From Macrostomum lignano (lineage: Eukaryota), in assembly GCA_002269645.1 (NCBI GenBank), contig NIVC01002349.1, positions 1-64,000 of the forward strand: a DNA stretch of 64,000 nucleotides, in the 5' to 3' direction. Shown piece after piece: positions 36,389 to 49,156 of this stretch; the stretch's first letter is position 1; each line of letters opens with the position of its first letter. Position numbers and translations under genes: made by a program. The notes under the pieces were generated by a model. That model was not told the origin of the DNA and searched no databases. It was given only the letters and a program-made list of their open reading frames with translations.

Positions 36389-38019
36389 TCTGTGCTCTAT
36401 ATACTCTATAACTCTATATAGTGGCCTTGTACCAGAGCCCAAGGCACTGCAAACCGCAGGAGTCGCTTAAAAACTCGGAGATTTTTTCCAAGAAACTTCA
36501 AGCAGGGGCCGCTGCGCCCCCTTGACCTTCTCTGGATGAATCTTCTAATTGCTGTTAAGCAATAATCTCGATGTCAGTTGGGGCAGCTGCCTGTTCCGCG
36601 TTGGCCTGCATCTCCGTTGGCCTGACAATAGTCTTGCTGCTTACCATGACAAAACGTCACGTCAATCAGGTGGGGGATCTGCATTCGTGCATTGCACAAC
36701 AGAAGACTGCAGCTACAGCAGAAGCTCTTATGCAAAGACGAGAGGCAGCTCCACCCTAGCAGCTGCGTTCACTCACTCAGCAACTTCTGCTGCCTGTCTT
36801 GATGCACCGTCTGTCAAAGGGGCCGATGGCGCTGCCTACAACGCGCCCTCTCATTATTGACACCCTCGAGTGCGGCTGGCCCTGACAGGCAGGAGTGGCC
36901 TCTCTGTGTCTCCCACTCCACCTAATCCAGATCCTGTCCTGTCAGGGTATAAGCCACTTTTGAATAGAAGAGCTAGCTAGGACCGGGGCGCGCCTAAAAA
37001 TGAAGAGGCCCTGTGTGACAGCAACCGATTGGGAGGAAACTTAAGGGATTATATCGCTTTTGCAGGTTGTGGCGTGCCGTTACACCGACCAGGCGCTAAC
37101 TCCTCCCACTTCCCCTCTCTCATCTTCCTTCCTAGGCTACAGAAGGACTGGCAGATTGCTAGCGGTCCATCAGCCCAGCTGCATCTTCCTTCACAGCGTC
37201 TCCTCAACACCTCGACAATTCTCGCCGTTGCTTTTGACCACGCAGAGATGGGGGGAGGGTCAGGCTGCCTATTGATAGATTGCAGCGCCGCAACTATTGA
37301 TGGAAGCACGAATGACGGCTTGATTGACACCCGGCTTTTGACAACGCTTTTTTATAAGATAGCTTTTTTATATGATGAGACGGCGCAGAGACTGCATGAC
37401 AGTCAGGATCAGGGACTCCTCGTCTGCACGCGATGCCATGCGCCGCAAACAAACACCTCAATGAATGAGGGAACCAACAGCTAATTGTTGTTCCCCCCTG
37501 GCTTGCTAATGTCGCGGCAGCTGAGGCGTTTGAAATACGCTGATTTTATAGTTTTGGTTTTGGCGCCTATAGGCAGAGATTTCTTGCTTGTCTGGCAATG
37601 AGAGATACGAGTATATTAGATATATGCCAGTGCAAGCAGCAGTAGTCATTCAAAAAGGAAACCCTTTGATGCGGCACCACTTGTTAGTCAGCCTGCCTCA
37701 TGAATTCTCATATAGCAAGCAACCAAATCAACCATGTTGATGCGTGGAGTGCTGAGATTCTATCAGCTAATTTTTTTGGATGAAGTCCTTTTGATGATGA
37801 AGCGATGAATTATCCACCCGCGAGAACCTCGGAGAGGCTTGAGCCAAATTTTTAGTTGCTGAATTTTCTTTTTGCCCGAGCTTATGCAGAAATTTCGATG
37901 ACGCGGTGACAAATCGATGCACTCGTGTATTCTGACAGCTCGCAACTCATCAATCAGTCAGTGCTTGTATTCGCGATTTTGGCTGAAAGATTACTCCTAC
38001 TAATTCCCACGCTATGGAA

Positions 38020-39565
38020 GGGTGAGATTTCCTCCCCTCAGTCTCATTCAACCCAGGCTGTTTAGGGGTGAGATTTCCGTCTCTTAGGCGTGAGATTTCC
38101 GCCTCTCAGTTTCATTCTTCTCAGGCTATTAAAGGGTGAGATCTCCACTCTTCAGTCTCATTCTTCTCAGGCTGTTTAGGGGTGAGATTTCCGTCTCTTA
38201 GGGGTGAGATTTCCGCCTCTCAGTTTCATTCTTCTCAGGCTGTTTAGGTGTGAGATTTCCGTCTCTCAGTCTCATTCTACCTAATCTGTTTAGGGGTGAG
38301 ATTTCTGTCTCTCAGTCTCATTCTACCTAATCTGTTTAGGGGTGAGATTTTTGTCTCTCAGTCTCATTCTACCTAATCTGTTTAGGGGTGAGATTTCCGT
38401 CTCTCAGTCTCATTCTACCTAATCTGTTTAGGGGTGAGATTTCCGTCTCTCAGTCTCATTCTGAATAATCTGTTTAGGGTGAGATTTTTGTCTCTCAGTC
38501 TCATTCTACCTAAGCTATTCAGAGGTGAGATTTCCGTCTCTCAGTCTCATTCTGAATAATCTGTTTAGGGGTGAGATTTCCGACTCTCAGTCTCATTCTA
38601 CCTAATCTGTTTAGGGGTGAGATTTTTGTCTCTCAGTCTCATTCTGAATAATCTGTTTAGGGGTGAGATTTTTGTCTCTCAGTCTCATTCTGACTAATCT
38701 GTTTAGGGGTGAGATTTTTGTCTCTCAGTCTCATTCTACCTAATCTGTTTAGGGTGAGATTTTTGTCTCTCAGTCTCATTCTACCTAATCTGTTTAGGGT
38801 GAGATTTCCGTCTCTCAGTCTCATTCTACCTAATCTGTTTAGGGGTGAGATTTTTGTCTCTCAGTCTCATTCTACCTAATCTGTTTAGGGTGAGATTTCC
38901 GTCTCTCAGTCTCATTCTACCTAATCTGTTTAGGGGTGAGATTTTTGTCTTTCAGTCTCATTCTACCTAATCTGTTTAGGGGTGAGATTTCCGTCTCTCA
39001 GTCTCATTCTACCTAATCTGTTTAGGGGTGAGATTTTTGTCTCTCAGTCTCATTCTACCTAATCTGTTTAGGGTGAGATTTCCGTCTCTCAGTCTCATTC
39101 TACCTAATCTGTTTAGGGGTGAGATTTCCGTCTCTCAGTCTCATTCTACCTAATCTGTTTAGGGGTGAGATTTTTGTCTCTCAGTCTCATTCTACCTAAT
39201 CTGTTTAGGGTGAGATTTCCGTCTCTCAGTCTCATTCTACCTAATCTGTTTAGGGGTGAGATTTCCGTCTTTCAGTCTCATTCTACCTAATTTGTTTAGG
39301 GGTGAGATTTCCGTCTCTCAGTCTCATTCTACCTAATCTGTTTAGAGGTGAGATTTCCGTCTCTCAGTCTCATTCTACCTAATCTGTTTAGGGTGAGATT
39401 TCCGTCTCTCAGTCTCATTCTACCTAATCTGTTTAGGGGTGAGATTTCCGTCTCTCAGTCTCATTCTACCTAATCTGTTTAGGGGTGAGATTTCCGACTC
39501 TCAGTCTCATTCTGACTAATCTGTTTAGGGGTGAGATTTCCGTCTCTCAGTCTCATTCTACCCAA
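38020..39565. repeat. 46-bp minisatellite
   Basis: Unit gtttaggggtgagatttccgtctctcagtctcattctacctaatct. Confidence 0.95.
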
Positions 39566-40124
39566 TGTGTTTTCCAGTTCTGTGATTAAGGCTTGTGCTG
39601 GATAGGTTGCAAGGCCCGAAAACCAGTCAGCTATCATCAGCAGTAAAATTTGGACACCTCGACAGGTCTGTGTAATAAACAAAAATCAATTCTAACACTT
39701 GCATGGTGGTCTATTTGCTCCAGGATAAACAGACAGCAACAGGTTTTGCTAATCCTAGCTGTTGGCGGCGTTGGTAGAGAGGCTTTGCTTTTTGCTTAAT
39801 TCTGCCTTATCGCTGACTATAAGATGATAGAAAAACGCCACAGGGGCCGAGACCGAGATGTCTAAACTCGATTGTCGGACGAATAGCAGTCGGTAACAGA
39901 GCGTATCAGGCAGTGTTCAGGTGAGAGGCTTACAGGATCAAAAACGGACACCGCCAAATCTGCTGGTGTCTGCAGCAGTCGGATCGGCCTGTGGTGATAA
40001 AAATTGACTGCAAAATTAAGTGAAAGTCAGGTTAATGCAGACGTTGCATGGGCCGAGTGTGAATTTCAGGAATGTGTTGCGTTCACTTCACCATCAGGTT
40101 TCAAGGTTTCAAGCAAAAATAGTG

Positions 40125-40586
40125 ATCACTCTGTGAATCGTATCTAGAATCACTCTGTGAATCACACAGAGAATCACTCTGTGAATCACACAGAGAATCA
40201 CTCTGAATCACACAAAGAATTACTCTGTGAATCGTATCGAGAATCACTCTGTGAATCGTATCGAGAATCACTCTGTGAATCGTATCGAGAATCACTCTGT
40301 GAATCGTATCGAGAATCACTCTGTGAATCGTATCGAGAATCACTCTGTGAATCGTATCGAGAATCACTCTGTGAATCGTATCGAGAATCACTCTGTGAAT
40401 CGTATCGAGAATCACTCTGTGAATCGTATCGAGAATCACTCTGTGAATCATATCGAGAATCACTCTGTGAATCACACAGAGAATCACTCTGTGAATCACA
40501 CAGAGAATCACTCTGTGAATCATATCGAGAATCACTCTGTGAATCACACAGAGAATCACTCTGTGAATCACACAGAGAATCACTCT
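40125..40586. repeat. 24-bp minisatellite
   Basis: Unit gagaatcactctgtgaatcgtatc. Confidence 0.95.
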
Positions 40587-42104
40587 AGCAGGCAGCTGAG
40601 GTGACATTTAAATCAACAGAACGGAAGCTCTCATCCTTGTAATAAAACAATCAAAGAGCACCCCCCCTAAGCCACAGCAAAGCAAATCTATGGGAAGTCC
40701 TTTCGATACTGCAGCGCAGCATGTGGGAAAAATTTCGGATCGCATTCCCCCTAATAAATCAAGTTCTTAAGGGGTGGGGGTTTATGGGGGACCATGGCAA
40801 TGGCAATAATAATTTTTCCTAACTGATTTACAATTCATTCAAAGCAATCTATAAATAAAAAGCCTAGTGGCGGTGGTGGGCCCATGAGGGAGGGGGGTGC
40901 GGCGGTCCGCGCTTGCGAGTCAAAGCTAACAGTTGTCATACATCATAAACCTCGCGGCTTGGGCATTGAAGCAGAAATTAGCTCTGTTTATTATATACAA
41001 TAAATATACATAGTTCTACAGTTGCGGTTTGTTCAACAGTACTAAGGCCGGGGGCTATTTGTCAAGACTACAGCAATTAGCCACCCCTTCTGTCTGTTTG
41101 CTTGCGAAGGGTGTTCTGTTCAAGACTTGATAGTTGCAACTGTCAACTATTACAGAAATTGGATTAAAATAGATAAACAGAGGCTCGCTTTCGTGGTTGC
41201 TGTCCTGTCTTCTCTTTCCCTCTATCTATTTGCAACTCTGTTTGATCATTGCCGCCGCAGTGTTCGCTGGTCTGTGGGCAAGAGTTGAAATTTAACCAAA
41301 AAAATTCTTCACAATAATAATGCTGCTTCTAATCAGCTTTAACGGTTGGGGCTTCGCGCTGTCTGTCTGTCAAAAATGTGAATATCAATGTGTTTTATCT
41401 CCATGTGTGTTGTCTCTCGGCCTCTGTGAACTTGTGGCGGCTAAACCGCCGCGCCCTGTCACTGTCACCCCCCCCCCTGTGCTGGAGATGACAGGCTGAC
41501 AGGGCAGAGATACCGAGAGCCGCTTTCAAAGCAGTTTTGACAGGCGGTTTATCAAAAGCCCGACACACCAAAGCCGCACATCAGCTGGAGGCCGCCTTGA
41601 AAACTATAGTAGTCAACTAAGCAGAATTCTCAGCCGTTCTGTCAGAGAGCTGGCAGATAGGATCAGCCCCCCCCCTAAAGAGATTTCTTCCAGGGTTTGA
41701 TTTCAGTGCAACGCGTGACAGTTAGTTTAGCCGCGCATTTTGCATTTTGCTTGTTGTGACAGCCAGCAATATTAGCTACCTCTTATTCTCTTAAAGATAC
41801 CATGTTTTTCCTGCTTTTCCTATGCATAAGTCATACTGAATAGCGCAATAAAAACCTACTTACGAGTAGGCAAATAAAAATGATATATGATCCTAATGCT
41901 TACTAACAACTTGTTTACTAAGAATTGGGGTAAATAAGATTTTTATGCCTCCAAATCTGTGGGGTAGGAGAACTTGGGAAGCCGGGTGAGTCACTGAAGA
42001 TTTTTATACAGTTTACACTCGTAAATCCCCTAAACTTGCTTTGAGGCTACCAGGCTCAGTCCCGTCTCTGCAGGTTAACTGCTAAATTCGGTGGGCCTGA
42101 ATTG

Positions 42105-42320
42105 CCCCCCCATTCCCCTGAATTGACCCCCATTCCCCTGAATTGACCCCCATTCCCCTAAATTGACCCCCATTTCCCTAAATTGACCCCCCATTCCGCT
42201 AAATAGGCTCCCATTCCCCTAAACTGACCCCCATTCCCCTGAACTGACCCCCATTCCACTGAATTGACCCCCATTCCACTGAATTGAGTCCCATTCCCCT
42301 GAGTTAACCCTTCCCCGAAT
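42105..42320. repeat. 20-21-bp minisatellite
   Basis: Unit ccccattcccctgaattgac. Confidence 0.85.
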
Positions 42321-43189
42321 CCCATGAGTTGCCCCCCAGCATGACATGGGCCCGATCCCAGCATCACAACCCCAACCTCATACATATTTTACATCCTGAT
42401 CCCAACATTTCTGAACTGCTTCAATCCCGGATGCAAACGAATCGAGCCCCTGTCCGCCTAAGCTTTGTCCTCCCCCCTCCCAGCTCCATCCATTAAATAA
42501 TCGGACCATCTTTACAAGGCAGGCCGGATATCCCCCCATCTTGTCTTGTCAAGCGGGAGACAGCACTGGACTCTCCCAATCCTCCGATGCAGTGCGGTCC
42601 CCTGAACCGCCCTGGGCGGGTCATAAGCCGACTTTATAGCCTCAGACTGGCAGAACTAGAATATTATTGCCTCCCCACTAAGCCAAAGCGCCCCCTCCCA
42701 GCACCAACATAAGTTTGCGGCTCAAAATGTTTATACGATCCCCCGCTGACGGGACCGGCCATCGCGAAAACCCTCGAGTCCGATCGTTCTTCCCCTCCCC
42801 CCTCCCCCTTCCGCCCGTGTATTATTAGCTATGTATACACGTTGCTGTGCGATAATATAACTTGAGTTATATATTATTATTATTGGCATGCAAATGCTCG
42901 CTTTGGTGGGCTCGTGTTTATTGCCCCCCCTCCCAACCCCCGCGAATGCACCAGCGGGAGTCATAAATTGCATTTATGCTCCAAGCTATAAGCCAGCCAG
43001 CAGCGCGGCTTCTTTGAAGCAGTCAATAATGCATGCGTATGCATACTTGGGAGATGAAGGCTTGCAGTGCAGCTGAATGTAACACTGAGAGATTAGAATG
43101 GCAGTCGGTGATAATGTTGTTCTAAATTGCATGGCTTATTCGAGTGTAAACTTACGAACTAAAAACGAAAGGATCCAGAAGGTAACTAT

Positions 43190-43445
43190 AGAGACTTGTC
43201 TATGGTTATTTATCTAGAGACTTGTCTATGGGTATTATAGACTTGTCTATGGATATTCTAGAGACTTGTCTCTGGTTATCTAGAGACTTGTCTATGGTTA
43301 TCTAGAGACTTGTCTATGGTTATCTAGAGACTTGTCTATGGGTATTATAGACTTGTCTATGGGTATTATAGACTTGTCTATGGATATTCTAGAGACTTGT
43401 CTATGGTTATCTAGAGACTTGTCTATGGTTATTTATCTAGAGAAT
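43190..43445. repeat. ~22-bp minisatellite
   Basis: Unit tagagacttgtctatggttatc. Confidence 0.85.
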
Positions 43446-44384
43446 TACCTAGAATACCTTGAATTCACAGTTTGAATTTACACAATTTGATACACTACAG
43501 TATACAAGCAAGTAAAAGTACAATTCAATAAAATAATTTCAGGAATCGGCGGTGCAGCCCCGTCTCGCGTTCTCGTCGGCTCTTTGAGCCAATAATTCAA
43601 AGCGGCCCCGCCTGATGTGTCCGTCTGTCTGTGTGCGTGCGCGGTCCCAGGGCCCGCCTGTCCGCCTGTCTGTCAGCGGGTCAGCTGTCTGATTGATCGG
43701 CGTTGCGTCCTTCGGAGGCGCGGTGCCCTCGCAGATGCGGAATGATGAATTGAGCGTTACTGACTGGCTATCCCCACCCACAACAACTGCACAGACGGCG
43801 CTGCGGCTCATCTAATGGTAGCCGCCAGCCCACCCGCCAATCCAGCTTTTCTTTGTATTTCTTGGCAGTTTTGCATTTTGCGGCATTTCAAAAAGCAAGC
43901 GAACCGCCAGCGCGAAGCAACAGTCCACAGTCAGTTCCTGTGTGCACTGCGCCTGTCTGCGTGTGCCGCGGTGCCCAAGCCATCCATCACTCACTTCACC
44001 CTCCTCTCTCTCTCTCTTTCTCTCTGATATGCCTGCCCGCTTCCGCCACCCTGTCTGTCCGTCTGGTGTTTGCAGCGTTGAAGCTCCCCCTTGGCTGCTC
44101 CTGCCTCCTATCCTATGATGCTATGCTTGGTTGCTGTCGACTCCTGATCACCGGCTTGATTGACCGATCGCTTGTCATCGGTCGTCCTGCCCGGGCCTCT
44201 CTCTCTCTCCCTCTTTTTCCCTCCTGCTCATTACATTTTTTGCTGAATAAATGCTTAATTGGAATGGCCTGCTATTGATAGATGGATAGGCAGCTGGATT
44301 GGAGGCTGTGAGACCGTTTCGGAATCAGAATTCTGAGAAGGATCTCACAAAATCCCTGCTCAAAATGGAGTTTCACGAGGGCAT

Positions 44385-45505
44385 TTCTGGGGTGTCAGTT
44401 TGGTTGATGGTTTCTCAGATGCTGTGGTGTCAGTTTGGTTGATGGTTTCTCAGATTCTGTGGTGTCAGTTTGGTTGATGGTTTCTCAGATGCTGTGGTGT
44501 CAGTTTGGTTGATGGTTTCTCAGATGCTGTGGTGTCAGTTTGGTTGATGGTTTCTCAGATTCTGTGGTGTCAGTTTGGTTGATGGTTTCTCAGATTCTGT
44601 GGTGTCAGTTTGGTTGATGGTTTCTCAGATTCTGTGGTGTCAGTTTGGTTGATGGTTTCTCAGATGCTGTAGTGTCAGTTTGGTTGATGGTTTCTCAGAT
44701 GCTGTGGTGTCAGTTTGGTTGATGGTTTCTCAGATTCTGTGGTGTCAGTTTGGTTGATGGTTTCTCAGATGCTGTGGTGTCAGTTTGGTTGATGGTTTCT
44801 CAGATGCTGTGGTGTCAGTTTGGTTGATTGTTTCTCAGATTCTGTGGTGTCAGTTTGGTTGATGGTTTCTCAGATTCTGTGGTGTCAGTTTGGTTGATGG
44901 TTTCTCAGATTCTGTGGTGTCAGTTTGGTTGATGGTTTCTCAGATTCTGTGGTGTCAGTTTGGTTGATGGTTTCTCAGATGCTGTGGTGTCAGTTTGGTT
45001 GATGGTTTCTCAGATGCTGTGGTGTCAGTTTGGTTGATGGTTTCTCAGATGCTGTGGTGTCAGTTTGGTTGATGGTTTCTCAGATGCTGTGGTGTCAGTT
45101 TGGTTGATGGTTTCTCAGATTCTGTGGTGTCAGTTTGGTTGATGGTTTCTCAGATGCTGTGGTGTCAGTTTGGTTGATGGTTTCTCAGATGCTGTGGTGT
45201 CAGTTTGGTTGATGGTTTCTCAGATTCTGTGGTGTCAGTTTGGTTGATGGTTTCTCAGATGCTGTGGTGTCAGTTTGGTTGATGGTTTCTCAGATGCTGT
45301 GGTGTCAGTTTGGTTGATGGTTTCTCAGATTCTGTGGTGTCAGTTTGGTTGATGGTTTCTCAGATTCTGTGGTGTCAGTTTGGTTGATGGTTTCTCAGAT
45401 TCTGTGGTGTCAGTTTGGTTGATGGTTTCTCAGATGCTGTGGTGTCAGTTTGGTTGATGGCTTCTCAGATGCTGTGGTGTCAGTTTGGTTGATGGTTTCT
45501 GAGAT
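44385..45505. repeat. 35-bp minisatellite
   Basis: Unit gtggtgtcagtttggttgatggtttctcagat(g/t)ct. Confidence 0.95.
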
Positions 45506-46466
45506 TCTGTGTTGTCATCTTGGCCGTTGGGTTCCAAAGCAACCCTGGCGTTATTCCATTCAGATTTAATGCCGGATTACTCAGCATTCCATGAAAAAAA
45601 CAGCTTCTGTCTGACAGCCAGCTACCTCTGCTCTCCGCTTGCGTGAGTGGCAGCGCAGCCGGAATCGCGGATGTCGCGGCGGCTTCGGGTCGCGCACCTT
45701 CTTTTCCTTTCACACCTTTCTCCTTCCCCACCCGGCTTCCTCAACCTGGCCAGCGCATCCGCCTTTTCTCCCATCCGGCCCCAGCACCACCAGCGTGGAA
45801 ACAATGGGGGGCGGGCGGCGGCTTGACACCCGCAAAGGCTGCCACGGCACAATGCGTCCAGATAGATTATAGGCGACGGAAAAACTCCCATTTTCCTCTA
45901 TACCGGCACAAGCTACTGCCAAAACCCGCCGACTGCAGCAACCAGCGGGACCTGCCAGGGAGAATGAATGGTTGGGGGAGCGACAAAGAGAAAGGGTGAA
46001 CTCTCTTTCTCTCTCTCTCTCTCTAGCCAGTCAGCCCAGATGCCTTTCGTCGCCTTTCGTCGCCTCTCCATCGGTCTCATTTTTGCCGCTGTTCTCTCTA
46101 ACCAGCCAAGGCCTGATTGTCCTCCCTCTTTCCTCTTGTCTGTTGATTTTTAGCGAGCGTCCTTCCTCACTCGCATCTCAAACACAGCTGGAATGAGAGG
46201 ATTAGATTAGCTAAGGTGCGGCAGGTAATTCTCCATGGCTCTCCCTGCCGGTCTCTGTATTGTTGAGATGCACAGACACCACACACACAGAATTTTCTGC
46301 CTTGAATTTCCCTCAGTTCCCGCCTGCCTCTCACCTCCCGCCTTACCGCTCTTGCGCCGCCGCTGGCGCTGACTGACAAGGGTGGGGGGCATGGCTTGGA
46401 GGCGGAGAGGCACTGGAGAGAAACGAGAGAAGCAACCCCCCACTCAGCTTTTGATCTTGCCGACAG

Positions 46467-46476
46467 CTGTCAATCA
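46467..46476 (-). promoter_or_regulatory. Pbx-Meis/Prep consensus site TGATTGACAG upstream of the NET gene
   Basis: CTGTCAATCA on the + strand, ~780 bp upstream of the ATG; variant TGATTGGCAG at 46631-46640. Confidence 0.35.
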
Positions 46477-47259
46477 AGCGCAGCAGGCGGGGTTTGTGTC
46501 ACGCAGAGGGGGGGACAATGCAGGCAGGCGCTGTCACTCTCTCTCTACCCCCTTCTAAGCCCTCCTAAGCCCAAGCGCTGGGGCAGGCAGGGCTTCCAGA
46601 AATGCGTTTATCGCCTCTCGAGAGCCAGGATGATTGGCAGGTCGTCCCCCTCTCTCCTTCACTCAATCCACTCCAGCGGAGGAGCGGCAGAAGACTTAAC
46701 AGTAGTTTGCTGTTCTGACGGTATTGACATATGGATGGATTTTGGGGGGGGGGTTGCGGCGGCGGCGGCCGTTGAATTCGTTTGATGAGGCCCCGATGAT
46801 GCTGCTTGCCTGAAGAGAATTAAGACCCCCACCCGTCCAACCCAGCCCCGGGGAGGGTTGGCAGGGTGTTCGCCAAACTGGAGCAAATCTGCCTATTAAT
46901 GCTCTTTAATACAGGTAAGGAGACAAGAAGATCTCTGCTTCTGGAACTGTCTGGGGCCTGCACGCACACGCCTCGAACTGGGGGAAGGGCCCATGGTCCA
47001 ATGCCAGTTGCCCACTGTAATTGCTAAGCTTACTAAGCCAGGTCTTTTCCCATTGGTCGAGGTGGGCTTCAACTGACACCGCCTCCCCCCCCTAGCCCCT
47101 GTCACGGAGAATTATATTGAAAAGGCTAGGTGGAGAAGGAAGGAGGAGGTTAAGACTAGGATTGACACGGAGATCCCTTTGCTTAAACTATATACTGGAC
47201 TCTCGCGAATTCTGCAGTCAGACAGTGCCATCAGGCGAGATTTAATCAATTAATTAGCA

Positions 47260-49075
47260 ATGTCAGCCGCCACAGCGTCTAATGCGAACTCGAGTGCAGC
47301 GACGAAGAGCAAGTCGAGCTCGGCGGGAAAATGCAGCCAGCAGCGCAGTCAGTACCTACATCCGGACTTCTTGGAGGCCCCCAGTTGCTTGGTGAGTCCA
47401 AATCCACCTAATTTGGTCTGCCCAAGAATAGCTCGTACAAGAGAAATTGAGACATGGCACTTAGAGGCCCTTATTCCAAAATCAGCTTGGTGGACTTAAG
47501 GAATCGTGAGCTATAGCCCAAATAGAATGCAGTTTAAACCAAATTAGTTGCTGGTTTTCTGCACGTCTATAGCAATTAGCAAACCAAGTCATGGCAAAAA
47601 GGTATACTTGGCACAGAAATCAATAATAGCCTTTTAGCTATAGACATATGGGCATTATTAGCGGCCGGGCTGCAGTCGTCAATGAGAGTTGAATCGTTGA
47701 ATCGATGTGTCTATGGTCCAACTTGTAGCCAGAGTTAATCGTTGAATCGATGTGTCTATGGTCCAACTTGTAGCCAGAGTTAATCGTTGAATCGATGTGT
47801 CTATGGTCCAACTTGTAGCCAGAGTTGAATCGTTGAATCGATGTGTCTATGGTCCAACTTGTAGCCAGAGTTGAATCGTTGAATCGATGTGTCTATGGTC
47901 CAACTTGTAGCCAGAGTTAATCGTTGAATCGATGTGTCTATGGTCCAACTTGTAGCCAGAGTTAATCGTTGAATCGATGTGTCTATGGTCCAACTTGTAG
48001 CCAGAGTTAATCGTTGAATCGATGTGTCTATGGTCCAACTTGTAGCCAGAGTTAATCGTTGAATCGATGTGTCTATGGTCCAACTTGTAGCCAGAGTTGA
48101 TCGTTGAATCGATGTGTCTATGGTCCTCGGAGCCAGCCATAGACACAGCGGGGAGACCTAGAGTGGCTGAGGCTGACTAAAGCAGTTAAGACCGGGCCAG
48201 GGCTGACAAACGCAGGCGAGCAATGAGACTGACAGCTCGTGCTGGTTATTCTCGGCCCAAAAGGAGATGAGGGAGAGGAAGGGAGAAGGAGAAAAAAATC
48301 CTTTAAAAAATGTCACTCCTCGTGAGAATGACAGATCCGCCTGTGCCCGTCCGTCAGTCAGTCAGTTTGCCTGTCTGTCTGTCTGTCTGTTTGCAGGAGT
48401 TTGCGAAGACGAAGGTGCGACGCCCCTGCCTGTGGGTAAACACGCAGCGCTTGGGCAAATGTGGAAGGATGAAGGAGAGTCAGGAGGCTGATGTTGGGAA
48501 CCTTGGAGATGGAAGTGTGTGCAGGATGGTCTACCCCCACCCCAGACCCGCCAGAGCAATGATTGACACCTTTCCCGTCATACAGTCCCAAGTCCTGGTG
48601 ACGGAATTTCGCTAATAGCTGATTAAGCGGCCCAGCCAGGTGTCACAGGGGCTGCCTGCCTGTCCGCCCTGTCTGTCTGTCTGTCTTTCTTTTCCTTTTG
48701 CGCCTGTCCTTCAGCAGAACCGATCGACTCGACATCTCCATGCAGCTATAGCCATCACTCTTCTGCGGGTTTCTGCCGCTCCAATAACACAGCACAAGAG
48801 CGTTGCGTAACTAGACTTTCTAGTTATGGGAGTCTGGGGGCGGATGGACTGTGGATGAAGAATAACAAACCCATCACGGCCCTTCAGTCTTGACTGTGTT
48901 GTTCTAAAAAATTATAAAATTAAAACAGCAAAAAAATGGATTTTCCTAATTCAAAATAATTCAATACGACTCGGTTGCCATGGGCTTTAGCGGACCAAGA
49001 CTGCACCACGGAGTCTGGGGGGGGGCATTATTGATTGGCCGGCAATGTCAAAAGACAAGGCATTAATCATACAAG

Positions 49076-49156
<81 letters not shown>

